Source of the DNA: Bispira polyomma
Taxonomy: Eukaryota
Assembly: GCA_965649765.1 (NCBI GenBank)
Contig: OZ287756.1
Span: forward strand, 10,478,001-10,542,000
Direction: 5' to 3'
Length of the DNA: 64,000 nt
The notes under the pieces are model-generated. The model was given only the letters and a program-made list of their open reading frames with translations, made no database searches and had not been told where the DNA came from. Position numbers and translations under genes: made by a program. This document shows positions 63,528 to 64,000 of the stretch, in pieces. Numbering within the stretch: position 1 is the first letter of the stretch; each line of letters opens with the position of its first letter.

Positions 63528-64000
63528 AATGGTAGAAATCTAGGAAGATATTGAATATATAAACACCCCAAAAGAAAATATAATGTGAACAAACCTTATT
63601 GCAGTATCAAAGGTATCCATAAATGATTTTAAAGAAGCGTTTAACAAATCTTTAAACACAACAAAAAGTATTTGACACTATTTTAAATAATCAAATAACA
63701 TTGCAAGTTTTATTTTAATATGATATTAACGAGAGAGTATACTTTTAACTTCTCATCTTAAAAATTATTGAGATTTGAGTTTATTGATGGTCTAGAATAG
63801 ATGAGCTATTGTAACTCTAAATTTAATCTGTTAATTTATCTCTTCGTTGTTGTTGTTTTTCTACAAATAAACACAAAAAAATCAACCCTAGATATTATAA
63901 ATCAACTTACTTGATTTTTTTAACACTGGGCCTCTTTTACTTCAATAAGAACAGTTCTCGAGGAGCAACTGGTCAAATTCATTAAAACAAATGAAATAAC

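Overview
AT-rich animal genomic DNA with spliceosomal introns, probably from a lophotrochozoan such as a mollusc (inferred from the repeat families only). There is one assembly gap (2520-2652). Two protein-coding genes can be rebuilt exon by exon with consistent GT-AG splice phases. (1) On the + strand is a sacsin-like (SACS) gene with 8 coding exons (17354-50773, 13,149 nt, 4,382 aa), including a 10,958-nt exon. It encodes three Hsp90-like (GHKL) sacsin repeats, a J-domain (HPDKN) and a C-terminal HEPN domain, and has no N-terminal ubiquitin-like domain. (2) Convergent on the - strand is a 135-aa Ly6/uPAR three-finger (quiver/sleepless-like) gene, probably GPI-anchored, whose last exon lies in a near-perfect 1,204-bp tandem duplication. 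The rest is dense with non-autonomous mobile elements: tRNA-derived SINEs, two solo LTRs bracketing almost all of the sacsin coding region, L2-type LINE fragments, hAT, Harbinger, Tc1 and piggyBac-type MITEs, nested Helentron-like (HINE) elements with internal satellites, and minisatellites. The best leads are a perfect ISRE-type motif beside the sacsin start exon, an altered HEPN motif, the LTR bracket, a Ly6 exon lying between two collinear L2 pieces, and a 27-bp minisatellite amplified from a MITE terminus. No wholly new system can be demonstrated from sequence alone.
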